Shown piece after piece: positions 36,611 to 49,666 of a stretch of DNA of 64,000 nt. Location: contig NC_083226.1 of NCBI RefSeq assembly GCF_032191835.1, positions 132,308,001-132,372,000 of the forward strand, in the 5' to 3' direction. Position numbers and translations under genes: made by a program. The stretch is from Heteronotia binoei. Lineage: Eukaryota. The notes under the pieces are model-generated. The model saw only the letters and a program-made list of their open reading frames with translations. It searched no databases and had not been told where the DNA came from. How positions within the stretch are numbered: the stretch's first letter is position 1; the number at the start of each line of letters is the position of its first letter.

Positions 36611-37965
36611 TCTAGCTCACCATCTAGTGGTGCATAATGTTAAAAGTGCTAGAACTTCTGGCTGCCAGACAATCATAGGATCTCCTGGCTATATTACACA
36701 TACTGCCGATACAATAATTATTAATTATTATCTGATCATATACTGGATCACCCACACACCTTGATTCTCAGGGCTGAATATTTTAAACTTTACTCACTTT
36801 CCCCTCCTTAAACTGACTTTTATTCTTAAGCTTTTAAAATGTCGATTTAATTTCACCTTGAAAATTTCAGATCCTTATCTAATGGTGTGTATTAAATCTC
36901 CATATTTATTTCACTGTACAGTGCTTTACTTTGCCTAAGGTAATGTCATTTGTGAATCTGACTGAAAGGAATTGGACTCCATTGATCCATCTTGTGTCTA
37001 ATCACCATGGCCAGGATCCAAATCATCATCAACATCATCTTTATATCTAGTTCTTAACATGACCGCATCTATAGATACTTAAGTCTGGAGATTGAGGCCA
37101 TAAATAGACAAGAGAGCTATTTCTACAAATCAGAAAAAAGCCCTAGGTTGGCAGAAACATGAATTTTTTAAACATTTTTTTAAATCTCCAAAATGATAGA
37201 AGCAGTCCCTGTAGCTTTAAGAAATGAATGCTCTTGGTGGCCATTGCCAGTCTTTAAGCCTGGGGTTTTGTCTATGGTTATTTTGGCCTTTGAAGGTGGG
37301 CTTATTGGGACCAAGCTTGCCAGCAACCATGAGGTCATGTAATATAATTCATGTTGCATGCATGATTTTCCAGGCCCAGCAACCACCCCACAAAAAAAGT
37401 GTGGTGAAAAAGTTAAGAGTTTCAGACGAAGATCTGGGAGACCAAGACTTGAATCTATTCTGTGTCTTTGGCCAGTTATACACTGTCAGCCTTGTTTGTT
37501 AGAATAAAATGTAGGACAGGAGAGTGGTGTTAAGCTGCTTTGGATGCTATTGTGGATAATGGGGAGGTGGGGGAGTAAAAGAAGTAAAGAAATAATAAAT
37601 AGCTGGAGATTGGGGGTAGATTAAAAACTGGTGGGTGAGTGGGAAGGAGAGAAGGAAGCAGAGATACGGCTGCTGCTAGAAGGAAGGAGAGAGGAAATCA
37701 CAACTGAACCCCAGCCTACCTGGCATGCTACAGCTGGGTCCATCTGGCACCACACAATTGGGCATAGCACAGTGACTGGCACTGTGCAACTTGACCAAAG
37801 TTTTCCTGGGGCCAAGCTGCTAGAGGGGAGGGAAGAAGGGAATGAAGCAAGAAAAGTGTAGAGGATAAGAGGGCTTTCAAGAAAGGGAAAGAGGAAATAT
37901 TAAGATGCATCCCCAAAAAGTCCTTGTGGTTTACCTGCATGTACTTAAACTGTTGCTCACTTCTC

Positions 37966-38810
37966 AAGAGCCAGTTTGGTAAAGTGGTTAAGTGCGCGGA
38001 CTCTTATCTGGGAGAACCGGGTTTGATTCCCCACTCCTCCACTTGCACCTGCTGGTATGGACTTGGGTCAGCCATAGCTCTGGCAGAGGTTGTCCTTGAA
38101 AGGGCAGCTGCTGTGAGAGTCCCCACCAGGCCTATAGCTACAGGGGGGCCTATGGCGGCCCTGCCCCCTGACTTACTGGTGAGGCTCTCTGACTCAGGGC
38201 CCCTGACCCACAGTCTTCCCTTCCTACTGCCTCTGCTGCTGCCTGGGAGGCAGGTGGGCAGATTTTGAGAGGTTTGTCCTCCCTTGCACCTGCTAGCATG
38301 GCCTTGGGTCAGCCATAGCTCTGGCAGAGGTTGTCCTTGAAAGGACAGCTGCTGTGAGAGCTCTCTCCAGCCCCACCCACCTCACAGGGTGTCTGTTGTG
38401 GGGGAGGAAGGTAAAGAAGATTGTGAGCTGCTCTGAGACTCTTCGGAGTGGAGGGCGGGATATAAATCCAATATCATCTTCTTCTGTTCAGAGACCGGGG
38501 GTGGGCGGGGGGGAGATGGCCCTTTGGAAAGTAAAGAAGCCCCACCTGTGGCTTGTTGCTGCCAAGGACGGTGTGGAAGAGGTCAGACAGAATGAGCATC
38601 AGTGCCCAGAAAGAATTAAATTAATTAAAGTGCCCCCTAAGAAATTTAAATGCTCCCCCCCAATATTTGAAATCCTGGCTACGGGCCTGGTCCTCACCCA
38701 CCTCACAGGGTGTCTGTTGTGGGGGAGGGAGATGAAGGAGATTGTGAACCTCTCTGAGACTCTGAATGAAGAGCGGAATATAAATCCAATGTCGTTGTCG
38801 TCTTCTTCTT
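37966..38810 (+). mobile_element. tRNA-derived SINE split by a MITE that itself contains a second SINE
   Basis: Outer SINE 37966-38126 and 38690-38810. Inner SINE about 38285-38485. Confidence 0.75.
38127..38689. mobile_element. hAT-type MITE
   Basis: Termini CAGGCCTATAGCTA / TGGCTACGGGCCTG with 8-bp duplication GTCCCCAC (38119-38126) / GTCCTCAC (38690-38697). Confidence 0.75.
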
Positions 38811-38923
38811 CTAAAATGAGTATTGTAATTTTGTACCATTGTAATTTTGATAGACTCTGCAGGCTGAAGATTGGTTTCTGTGCTATTTTGCTAAAATAAC
38901 CATATTGTGTTGTTTTTCAATAG

Positions 38924-38976
38924 GATATGCCAAACCATTTTTATCGTGATCCTAGCAGTTTACATGGAATTCTGAG
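38924..38976 (+). CDS. RAD17: RAD17 exon (53 nt)
   Basis: DMPNHFYRDPSSLHGILR. The leading D completes Walker B (LILVE|D). Confidence 0.93.
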
Positions 38977-39315
38977 GTGAGTATAAAAGTGCTCAAATTG
39001 ATAGCATGGGAGGGAAAGGCAGATTGACAGAGTAATCTTACACCTTTCCAAACCCTTCTAAACTTCAGCAGAGTGTAATTCTGTTTAGGACTGCACTGTG
39101 AGTCTTTAGTTGTCTGTCTCCAGAATAGCTTGCCATCCAAGACTACTCATCTAGTCTTCTGCTTTTGAGCTGGTAACTGGTGAGATAGAGTGACACATTA
39201 TATGGCTTAGTAGCAGCAGGTTTTGATACAAGACTCTCCAGCTTCTGATCTCCTGCTGTTCAGGCTCTTAAATTTGAGTTTGCAGCTCTCTGTAACTTTT
39301 TGCTTTCCATCCTAG

Positions 39316-39441
39316 GACATTTGTGCGGACGAGCAGATGCCCTCTTGTGTTTATAATATCAGATAGTGCAAATGCAACCAGCAGTCAAAGATCTCTCTTC
39401 TCAAAAGAAATTCATGAAGAGCTACATATAGATAATATTAG
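39316..39441 (+). CDS. RAD17: RAD17 exon (126 nt)
   Basis: TFVRTSRCPLVFIISDS...ELHIDNIS with AG/GT boundaries. Confidence 0.93.
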
Positions 39442-39530
39442 GTAAAGAGGTCATTAACAGCATTGATCATAATAAAAGATTTCACTATGAAATTAATCTT
39501 GATAATCTTTTCTTACCTTTTTTTTTTTAG

Positions 39531-39600
39531 TTTTAACCCAGTGGCTCCAACAATAATGCTGAAAGTTCTAAACCGAATAACTTCAATTGAAGCAAATACG
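39531..39600 (+). CDS. RAD17: RAD17 exon (70 nt)
   Basis: FNPVAPTIMLKVLNRITSIEANT with AG/GT boundaries. Confidence 0.95.
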
Positions 39601-39934
39601 GTAAGATAAAATTTAAAAGTTTTGTTGTGCTGATAGTATAGAAATTTGGGCAAAGTCTGTTTTTGAATTTTAAAAATTATGATTCTGATCCTTCCAAAAA
39701 TGGCCAAAACAAAATGGCAGTTTAGTTTGCTAACATACAGACTCTGATGTAGAAAGCTGTGGAGAGGTGTGCTTTTTTGGAAAGATTATATTCTTAAAGA
39801 CTTGAAGCTATAAAATCACATGATGATTTATAGTATAATTAGTGATAAAAGTTGACCCTCCCCAAACTAGCTGCATTGATTTTTGGCCAATAGTACAGTT
39901 TTGATTATTATGCAAACTAAATGTTTTCTTGTAG

Positions 39935-40046
39935 AATGGAGAAAAATTTGATGTTCCAGACAAATCCTCAATGGAATTGATTTGCAATGGATGTTCAGGT
40001 GATATTAGAAGTGCAATAAACAGTCTTCAGTTTTCTTCTTTGAAAG
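39935..40046 (+). CDS. RAD17: RAD17 exon (112 nt)
   Basis: NGEKFDVPDKSSMELICNGCSGDIRSAINSLQFSSLK. Confidence 0.95.
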
Positions 40047-40727
40047 GTAAATGCAGAATTTTTCGGCTGAAGTATGTTTGCCCCCTGAGAGAACAGTTTT
40101 GTTTCAATGCTGGTTGAGTAGTCATTCAGATAGTATAATAGTAAGCAACTGAAATGAAATAATACCTTGTTATACATGGAGTTTAATGTAATGGAGTTGT
40201 AATCCAAGTTAGAAAAAAAAATACAAGAGGAACTGCACACTCATTGCTGTGCTCCTAGAGCATTCTCTGCTCCTGCAAAACAGATGATTCTTGATGTCAT
40301 CTGAAACACTTCTGTTGCTTGCCTTTTCTGTCATTCGGGACATCAGCATTGACTGAAAGGACAGTATAGATGAGCAGTGTTCATATGTAATGCAAGAACA
40401 TCCCCACATGCGGGATGCAAAACTCTTTCTACAAAAAAATTTCTCTCACTAGCTTGATATAAAACTAGCAAGAGCTTGGCATTGGTGTGTTTTTCAATAT
40501 ACTTTATTGTAATAACTAAGGATAAAAAAGTGGCGATGACTGAATTCCTTTGACTAATAATTAGCTTATTCAGTGACAAAACTTTTTTTTAATCTATAAA
40601 GAAATACAGTAGTTTCTTTACCATGCTCTTAACCGTGTTACTATATAATCCCTAATTGTCTTCACAGTAAAATTTTAGACTTCCAACATGTGGGTAGTAT
40701 AATTCTCCCTAATTTGTTGCTGCTTGC

Positions 40728-41205
40728 CAGGGCTGGATCTGGAAGGGGGGGGGCAGAGGGAGCAGTAGCCCCATGCGCTGCCAGGGGGGGCCCAGAATTG
40801 GACCCTTCCCCAGGGAGGAAGATCAGCCATTTTTGCTGCCTCTCCACCTTACGGAGAGGTGGCAAAAGCAGCCCTGTGGTCCCCCCTCCAGCGGGGTCTT
40901 TAAATGGTGGGGAGGCAGATTGACTGCCTTTGCTGGCTCCTTGTAAAGCGAGAAGGTGGGAAAGGCAGCCCCAGGGGCTACCCTCCCCATTTAAACACCC
41001 CGGCAGGGTGTTTAAATGTGGAGGGGAAGGGAGACCACTTGTCTTTGCCATCTCCCCTCAAGGTGATGGCTTCCCTCCCCATCTCAACACCTGCCAGAGT
41101 GTTTACATGAGGAGAGGGAGGCAGATTGCCTGCCTCCCGTTTTTTGAGTGGGGATGCCTTTTTTTGGTTTTGCCCCCACTCAAAAAATATGTAGATTCAG
41201 CCCTG
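40728..41205. mobile_element. GC-rich MITE
   Basis: Terminal inverted repeats CAGGGCTGGATCT / AGATTCAGCCCTG (12 of 13 match). Internal 12-bp hairpin CATTTAAACACC/GGTGTTTAAATG. Confidence 0.7.
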
Positions 41206-42508
41206 CAGTATGCTGCTTCATAGTTTTATCTAACTGAAGGTGCTATGAACTGGTACGGCCTGTCCCTCTGCTAGAAAAAGTGATGAAAGTTCGTAGGAAA
41301 ATCTTGTTATTTTCCTGGTACAGAGAAACAAATCAGAGATAGATGTTCTCTATTTCCATTTTGCTATAATTAAGTGCTGTTTTTAGCTAATATGCTGTAT
41401 TTTCCTATTAGGAGTATATATCTTTAAGCTGAGTAGAAAGGATTGAAGACATGAGTAGGCCTTCTTTATAATATTAGTTTGCCAGTGTCAGACAACAGGA
41501 GCAAGTTAAGTGTAAAATAATAGCTTTATGAAGCTGGAAAATGAGGGAACAACAAGTTGCAAGCTTGCAGACAAAAGTGCATCCTGTAAAATATTTGAAT
41601 GTATAATTAATTATAATAGAGCAATTAAGAGCCAATAATAGAGTGGATTCATGTTTCTATTTAATATCAATGAGTTGTGAGTAAGGATGGGCACAGACTT
41701 TCAAGCATGCACATACTGTTAGTTTACACTGGCTCCATATTGCTTTTCAATTGGATTCTTTCAGACCACAGTAGGGAGGTACATAATTGTAAGACCAGCT
41801 GGATTATATGTATCTGATTTGGACACAAAGCAATACCTCAAGAGGCCTAAAACGTACCTCCATGCCTTGAGTCACTGATGTCAATCAGAACATAATTCTC
41901 ACTTGGTTCTATATTGTCTAATATTATTATTGCAATAATTGAACCTATGTGTAACGTTTGTGCTTGTCAACTGAAGAAGGCCAGTAGGCCAAAACACATC
42001 TGTTTTAGGGTTGAAATACTGTATTCTTATTGAAGCTATATTTGGGCCCATAACTATTTTTAAACCATTTTGTAATAAATATATGTATTTCTGTATAAGT
42101 TGCATTATTTATATATTGATGTTTTATACATTGAAATTAATATTGGGCTCCTTATTTTATATAGACTAGATTCACATTAGACATTGTTTCTTTTCAATAA
42201 AGCTTTCATCTTCTACATAACTGAATTCCATGTTTTGCATGAAGGTTTTCATATCAATGCTGTGACACCTTACTACTTAATAAAGCATTAGGATTATTCA
42301 CAGTGTTTCTGCTTTATGATTCATTTATTTTATTATATTGTATTCTAAAGATTTACATACATGTTCCCACATTATTGAACATGATAAACCTGATGTTAAA
42401 GGGTTGAAGTTCTTTGTAGCTAATCTTTGGCTTAACAAGCATGTTACGTTTTTTCTATTTAAGTAAGCACCATCTAATTCCATCGTGTCTCTGATTTTTA
42501 ATTGCTAG

Positions 42509-42694
42509 AGTGTCAATTGGAGAACAACTTGTGGTCACAGAGAAAACAGAATTCTACATATAAATGTGATTTATTATCTAAAGTGAAAAAGAAATTTGGT
42601 AATTCTTTAGAAGGCCAGGTGATACAAGCTGTCGGTGGCAAAGATGTATCCATCTTCCTTTTCCATGCTTTGGGAAAAATACTTTACTGCAAAA
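42509..42694 (+). CDS. RAD17: RAD17 exon (186 nt)
   Basis: CQLENNLWSQ...QAVGGKDVSIFLFHALGKILYCK with AG/GT boundaries. Confidence 0.92.
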
Positions 42695-43009
42695 GTAAGA
42701 AAAATGTAACTTATTGTTCTTTATTTTGGGGTGGAAGAAAAAAATCCTTATATAATTTGTTCTTAATTATTTCTGCCTGTGCTTGGAGCTGAATTAACTT
42801 GGTACATTGGCTACAGTAATATAAGAAGATGGTATCAGTGTATCAATTTCAGTTCTAATTTGGTTACATTGATGTTTTCTTGAATATCATATGCATATAA
42901 AATATTTTTATTTATTTGTTGTACTGTATCATTTCCTTGTAGCCTCAGCTTTTTTAGAAATTGTGCTGCATGTTTCTCTCACCTGTCATTTAGACAAGTT
43001 TCAGAGGTT

Positions 43010-43340
43010 AGCCGTGTTGATCTGCAGTAGAACGACTAGGCTGAAGTCCAGTAGCACCTCAGAGACCAACAAAGTTTTGAGGACGTAAGCTTTCAGGAGT
43101 CAAAGCTCCCTTTGTCAAATATGAGCTGGAAAGAGAGTCTTATACCTGTCAGAACTTGAGAGGGGTGTTGCAAAGAAGGAATTTGGGATGCAGAGGTAAC
43201 TATCCTGAGTTCCTTCTTTGCAACACCCTTTTGGGATATCAGGCCTCAGAGTTTTCCATTCCAGCTTCCAGGGAGCTTTGAATCTCAAAAGTTTATATCC
43301 TAAAAATCTTGTTGGTCCCTATGGTGCAACTGGACCTGAA
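43010..43340. mobile_element. Fold-back pair of Penelope-like pseudo-LTR fragments; decayed hammerhead on minus strand (43084-43121)
   Basis: Inverted arms share AGGGAGCTTTGA..TC..GAAAG and TTGTTGGTC..GGTGC.ACTGGAC. Minus-strand core reads TTGACAA instead of CTGACGA. Confidence 0.6.
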
Positions 43341-43439
43341 TCTAGTCCAGTAACACATCTCTCATTTAGCACTTCTATTTATCTTTCTGTTATTTTCAAA
43401 GGAACAGTGGTGGAGTGGGCTGTCAAGTTGCAGCCAACT

Positions 43440-43620
43440 TCTGGTGACCTCTGTAGGGTTTTCAAGGCAAGAGACTAACACAGGTGGTTTGCCATTGCCT
43501 GCCTCTACATAGCAACCCTAAACATCCTTGGTGATTTCCCATCCAAGTAGTAACCAGGGCTGACCCTACCTGGCTTCTAATGAGATTGGGCTAGGCTGGA
43601 CCATCTGAGTCAGGACTCCC
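43440..43620 (-). mobile_element. 5S rRNA-derived SINE
   Basis: Minus strand ...GGGTCAGCCCTGGTTACTACTTGGATGGGAAATCACC resembles 5S GGGTCGGGCCTGGTTAGTACTTGGATGGGAGACC, followed by a Sauria-like body. Confidence 0.65.
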
Positions 43621-44155
43621 AGATGAATATCTTTCTGCTAATTTCTTCATCTCCCCTCACGTAACCCAAGTATTCTGTCTAGTTATATCCTGGCCACTTA
43701 CCAGAGTTGGGGGCAAATTTATTAGCAGATTAATTCATTGCTCAGGAGTAAGATGGGTTTTTTTCTGCTTTCTACATGGTTTACATGATTTATCTGATAG
43801 GATGAGAATAAGCAGTGATCCACTTCTCCCAAATTAAAAAGCAGAAATTTAAAATTCTAATTTGTGAAGCTTGTAGACAGTAAAAAACCTCAGCAAATGG
43901 AATTGTGGGAAAACATCAACAAAATCTGGGAACAGCCCTTTTGAAATAGGAGAACCCACTGTTGTGTGAACAAACTGTATATTTCAGCTAGAAGCACAGG
44001 TAGTAGATACAAGCCATGTTAATCAACATAAACAAGGTTTCAGATGCAGCAAATGTCTTATCTTTATCCACTGTCTCACCCTTAATAAGCAAAGTAGTCA
44101 ACTTTTAGACATTTAATAATGTTGTTACATGCTGTTTACTGTTGTTCTTTGATAG

Positions 44156-44241
44156 GGGATCAAATAATGGAGTTGAGCTTTCCTTGCCTACCTCCTCATT
44201 TATCAGAACATGAACGAAGCTCCTTGCTTGTTCAACCTGAG
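44156..44241 (+). CDS. RAD17: RAD17 exon (86 nt)
   Basis: RDQIMELSFPCLPPHLSEHERSSLLVQPE. Confidence 0.92.
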
Positions 44242-44336
44242 GTAAAGGCCTGTTACTATTAGTACCTGTATGTGTGCAAGCTGGTCCCTCTGCCCCATGA
44301 TATGCAGTACTAATTATGTGTATTCTTTTTTATTAG

Positions 44337-44483
44337 GATGTCATAGAAAAATCACACATGCCTGGGGATTTATTTAATTTATACCTTCATCAAAACTATG
44401 TAGAATTTTTCTCTGATATAGAGGATCTTGTGAGAGCTAGTGAATATTTGAGTGCTGCTGACTTGCTTTGCAGTAACTGGGAT
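44337..44483 (+). CDS. RAD17: RAD17 exon (147 nt)
   Basis: DVIEKSHMPGDLFNLYLHQNYVEFFSDIEDLVRASEYLSAADLLCSNWD. Confidence 0.95.
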
Positions 44484-44569
44484 GTAAGTTTTTAAAATTA
44501 ATTCTGTTTGTTATACTCTAATTTATGAACACTCAAGTGTAAATCTCATGGAGTATAAATATTTTGAGC

Positions 44570-45245
44570 CAAGTAAAATTGCGTTTGCAATAAAAAAGGC
44601 CAATGCCATGCTGGGAATTATTAGGAAGGGAATTGAAAACAAATCAGCCAGTATCATAATGCCCCTGTATAAATCGATGGTGCGGTCTCATTTGGAGTAC
44701 TGTGTGCAGTTCTGGTCGCCGCACCTCAAAAAGGATATTATAGCTTTAGAGAAGGTGCAGAGAAGGGCAACTAGAATGATTAAAGGGCTGGAGCACTTTC
44801 CCTATGAAGAAAGGTTGAAACGCTTGGGACTCTTTAGCTTGGAGAAACGTCGACTGCGGGGTGACATGATAGAGGTTTACAAGATAATGCATGGAATGGA
44901 GAAAGTAGAGAAAGAAGTACTTTTCTCCCTTTCTCACAATACAAGAACTCGTGGGCATTCGATGAAATTGCTGAGCAGACAGGTTAAAACGGATAAAAGG
45001 AAGTACTTCTTCACCCAAAGGGTGATTAACATGTGGAATTCACTGCCACAGGAGGTGGTGGCGGCCACAAGTATAGCCACCTTCAAGAGGGGTTTAGATA
45101 AAAATATGGAGCAGAGGTCCATCAGTGGCTATTAGCCACAGTGTATGTGTGTATATAACATTTTTTGCCACTGTGTGACACAGAGTGTTGGACTTGATGG
45201 GCCGTTGGCCTGATCCAACATGGCTTCTCTTATGTTCTTATGAAA
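44570..45245 (+). mobile_element. CR1 LINE 3' fragment, little diverged
   Basis: Open 195-aa frame ANAMLGIIRKGIENK...EQRSISGY plus tail, nearly the same as 34530-35220. Confidence 0.92.
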
Positions 45246-45657
45246 ATGAGAATCTTTTGTATTTTCTACTTTTGTATTTTCTACTTGTATTTTCTACTCA
45301 CTGCTAATTTGTAGAATGCCTTGTATCTGTTTCTCAATTCAACTTGCTTTCTTATTCTTGCATGGTGTTTTTACATAACCTGTTTGCTATGTTACCCTGC
45401 CAATCCATTGTGTCCATTTAGAAAGTACATCCTGATTTGTTTTAGGTCTTGTCTGGTTTCCACATTCATTTTCAATATAATAAGAGGCGTTTTATTTCTT
45501 ACAAGTTCGTTTCCAGATGTTAACACACTACAGGTGGACTTGAATAAAAAGGCCACTTGATATGGTAAATCACGGTTGTCACATTGGGTGCTTTCACATG
45601 GTAACTTTTTGCAAGTGGATTTTGCTATTCTTACACAGTAGAAATCTAGTTGCAAAG

Positions 45658-46076
45658 CAGGGGTGTCAAACATCTGGCTCAGGGGCCAAATCAGGCCCCC
45701 AAGCAACTGGCTGTCATCTGCTTCCTTCTCCTTCTCTCTTGCTTCCTTCTGCGTAGCAGCTTGTTTTGCCTGGCTTGATCAATTGCACAGGAACTACAGA
45801 GCAAAACCTCTATTTTCTTCATTGACTGAGGCTCCTCTCCCACCTGGTCCCCTGGGGAGGGAAGGAAAGAGCCAGAACTTCCAATGAGTGCTAATGTTTT
45901 AAGCATGTTTTAAGTTTCTTTTTTAAAATCTTGTGTTTGTGTCCTTTATAAAGTTTACATCTCTGCTATCTAATCTTAAATAGGTACACATATGGCCCAG
46001 CCCAACATGGCATGACCCAACAAGTTCTCGTTTATCTCAGATCCGCCCCTCATAACAAATGAGTTCAACACCCCTG
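45658..46076. mobile_element. hAT-type MITE
   Basis: Termini CAGGGGTGTCAAAC / GTTCAACACCCCTG. Homologous to 12804-13440. Confidence 0.75.
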
Positions 46077-46964
46077 ACTTAGTGTGTGTGAACACATACC
46101 AATGTGTATGTACATATTATTAATATAGATCAATTAAAGTAATCATAACTTTCCTTTGTCAAAATTAACATAGCATTTGTAATATTACAATCAAATCTAT
46201 TCAGAGGTTTAAAATGTACATTTTATGTGTTAAAAATGTACACTTTATGTGAATAACAGTCAGGTTTGATCTCTTAAACTACACATTTTAGAGACTGGAT
46301 ATAATCCTGCCAAAAGGTGAAGCCTTGAAATATAGGTGCTCTGAAACTACAGAGTCTAGAACATGTGTGTGATATGTCCTGGGAAATCTTAGTAAAACAG
46401 AATTCCAATGTTACCTTAAAAAGTCAAATTTAATAAGCTCTTTTGTGAGTCACAGCTCATTTCGGATACATCTTGTCAGGCTATTTTATTCATATCCTAT
46501 TGCTGCTTTCCCTTCCTCATGTCATGTTCTGTCAAAATATTCAGATGAGAAAAGGAATTACCCTTTGTATCACTGGTCCCCACTTGTAAAGTATATTTAT
46601 GAGTTCAACACATAGGAGTAGTAGTAGTCCAAGATACACATTGATGTTCTGTTATCCTGATGTTCTGGTTTCAATTACATTGGTTCATTGAGATTGTCGG
46701 TGCTGTGGAATAATAGCCACCTCCCCTTAACTGTTGAAAGCGAGTTTGAACAGTTTGATCTAACACGGCCTGCGGAACTGTGGCAGGTCCCACAGGGCCC
46801 TGATGTTTTCGGGACAGGCATTCCACAGAGCGGGAGCTATTACTGAGAACGCTCTGGATCTGGTGGTGGATAATCTAGCTTCTTTCAGTACAGGGATCTT
46901 AAAATTTTAGGACCCTGAATGTAGTGCTATCTGGGGTACGTATGGGGAGAGGTGGTCCCGAAAG

Positions 46965-47235
46965 TAGAAGACATTGGATTTATATTCCGCCCTCCACTCA
47001 AGAGTCTCAGAGCGGCTCACAATCTCCTTTATCTCCCTCCCCCACAACAGACACCCTGTGAGGTGGGCGGGGCTGAGAGGACTCTCACAGCAGCTGCCCT
47101 TTCAAGGACAACCTCTGCCAGAGCTATGGCTGACCCAAGGCCATGCCAGCAGCTGCAAGTGGAGGAGTGGGGAATCAAACCTGGTTCTCCCAGATAAGAG
47201 TCCACACACTTAACCACTACACCAAACTGGCTCTC
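46965..47235 (-). mobile_element. tRNA-derived SINE
   Basis: Reverse complement of the family at 28608. Confidence 0.85.
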
Positions 47236-47239
47236 TGGT

Positions 47240-48290
47240 CAGTAGGCAGGTCCCAGGCCATATAGGACTTTAAACGTTGTGACCAGCACCTTGAAGCAAA
47301 TATGGAATGCCACAGACAGTCAGTGTAACGTTTCCAGCACAGGTTGAATGTGCTACCATACAGGTAGCTCCATTAACAACCTGGTTGTTGCGTTTTGCAC
47401 CAGTTGCAGCCTCCAGATTTGAGTCAAGGGCCTCCAAATTTGAGTCAAGGGCAGCCTTATGTAGAGGGCATTGCAGTAGTCTAGTCTTGAGATGGCCATC
47501 ACATGGATCACTGTTGCCAAGTCGTTGCACTCCAGGTATGGAACCAGCTGTCTTATCCGCCTAAGGTGGTGAAATGCGGATTTGGCAGTGGCTGCTACCT
47601 GGGTCTCCATTGTCAGCAAAGGCTCCAGGAACACCCCTAAGCTCTTGACCTTTGGAGCTGACACCAGTGGTGTCCCATCAAAGGCTGGCAGAAGGATCTG
47701 TCTATCCAGGCCGCTGCGACTTAGACATAGGACCTCTATCTTCACTGGATTCAATTTCAGCCAACTTTGCCTGACCCATTTCGCTACAGCTGGCAATGCC
47801 AGGTCCAGATCTTCCAGGGTGCAGCTGGACTGGTCTCCCATCAATAGATAGAGCTGGGTGACATCCACATACTGGTGACAACCCAGTCCTTATCTCTGGA
47901 CAATCTGGACAAGGGAGTGCATGCAGATGTTAACAACATCGGGGAGAGAACTGCCCCTTGAGGCACACCACATACAAGTGGGTGCCTCTGGGACGATTGC
48001 TCCCCTATAGTCACCCTTTGTCCCCGGCCTTGGATAAAAGAGGTAAGCCGTTGAAGGGCAGACCCTGAATCCCCGTGTCGGCGAGGCTGGTTGACTGTAT
48101 CAAACACAGCCGACAGATCTAACAACAACAGCACTGCCAAGCCGCCCTGATCCAGATGTCTCAAGAGATCATCCATGAGGGCAACCAGTACCATCTCCGT
48201 CCCATGGCCCAGATGGAAGTTGGACTGAAATGGGTCTAAGATGGAAGCGTCATCCAAAAATCCCTGTAACTATACTGCCACCGTGTAGTG
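47240..48290 (-). mobile_element. L2 LINE fragment
   Basis: LLLDLSAVFDTV, GVPQGAVLSPML, KLNPVKIE and SRLDYCNALY. Same family as 4650-6506 but more decayed. Confidence 0.85.
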
Positions 48291-48369
48291 TATTTGCATC
48301 TCTTTATGGTGATCTGTTTTTTTAATTACTGTATGCAGCTCTGCAACTTTTGTTTATTATGTCTTATAG

Positions 48370-48516
48370 GCACGACCTGTACTCCAGGAATATAGTGCAT
48401 CTGTGGTTGCAAGAGGCATGATGCATTCAAACAGAGCTAGAGCCTTTGCCCACAGCAAAGGCGGGATGGGTTTTCGACCCCTTCATAAACCACAGTGGTT
48501 CCTAATTAATAAGAAG
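48370..48516 (+). CDS. RAD17: RAD17 exon (147 nt)
   Basis: ARPVLQEYSASVVARGMMHSN...FRPLHKPQWFLINKK. Confidence 0.95.
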
Positions 48517-49044
48517 GTACTTATTTTGTGACTTGTGAAAATGTGCTTTTAAGTATTCAAGTTCAGATGTGACTCTCAGTACCCTCACTTTAAGAATAGA
48601 ACCAAATTGTGCAACGTCACTTTGATCAGATATATGAAATATTTGTGAAAAAGTCTCAATTACCCTTCCTCACCCTGCTTTTCCTGCTTATTGTGAGACA
48701 GTAATGCATATTATATGATTGCTTTGGTGCCATCTAATGTTATTTTAGCTGTTTTAACTGCTGGATTTAAAATTGTACAGTTCTGTTGTTAACTGCCCTG
48801 AGCTCTGTGAATTCAGAGAAGGGTGATATATAAATCTAAATTACAAATAAATAAACCAGACAATTCTCAGTAAGGATTGTCTTGTCTTATCAAGCAAAAA
48901 ATATATATTCTGGAGTGTCATCCCTGCAGTATCCACTGAGGTAGTTCAATTGTACAAGCATTCAAGAGGTAATACATTTCCAGACTATCACATCAGCAAC
49001 ATCTGTTCCAACAGATACACTACAGCATCCTCTGCAGTATTGCA

Positions 49045-49150
49045 GGGAATAAGAACATAAGAGAAGCCATGTTGGATCAGGCCAATGGCCCATCCAGTCC
49101 AACACTGTGTCACACAATGGCCAAAAAACCCAGATGCCATCAGTGGGGCC
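49045..49150 (-). mobile_element. CR1 3' tail fragment
   Basis: TAAGAACATAAGAGAAGCCATGTTGGATCAGGCC, reverse of the CR1 tail. Confidence 0.75.
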
Positions 49151-49545
49151 AGGATCCTGAAATGCATCTCTTGGATAGTGAAGGGTAACTGCATAGAGTA
49201 AAAACTGACTTGGGCCAGCCTTTGGCACTAGTTTTTATATGATTCCCCAAGAAAAACTGCAGTAAATTTTATTGGACTGAAGTTGGATTAGAAAGAAATT
49301 AGAGATTTTAAACTCTTGAAATTGCATGGTGGATAGTTAACACCACTTCTCAGTAGCTATTTTACAGAGCAGTTTTGCCAAGCTATTTAACAGAATAATT
49401 AAAATCAGGTTTTTTAACAATAAGGTAGGTTTAGGGGTGGGGTTTAAAGTCTATGTTGAATAACTATACTGATGTACAGAGGACAGGCAGAATACAGTTT
49501 GTGCTGTTTAAAGCATTTGAATGCAACATTTATTCTCCTTACTAG

Positions 49546-49666
49546 TATCAGGAAAACTGCATTGCTGCAAAATCCCTCTTCTCAACTTTCTGCTTACCAC
49601 CAACGTGCCTTCAGACCCAGCTATTACCTTATCTTGCCCTGTTGACAAATCCAATGAGAAACCAAG
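49546..49666 (+). CDS. RAD17: RAD17 exon (121 nt)
   Basis: YQENCIAAKSLFSTFCLPPTCLQTQLLPYLALLTNPMRNQ. Confidence 0.95.

Noticed and set aside
40209-40409. Minus-strand ORF with faint likeness to TAF9 or a hAT transposase (SDDIKNHLFCR)
   Set aside because: Only a few matching residues, no supporting frame or splice sites. A tblastn search would be needed.
43520-43620. Possible 5S rRNA gene
   Set aside because: Partial, diverged and fused to a SINE body.
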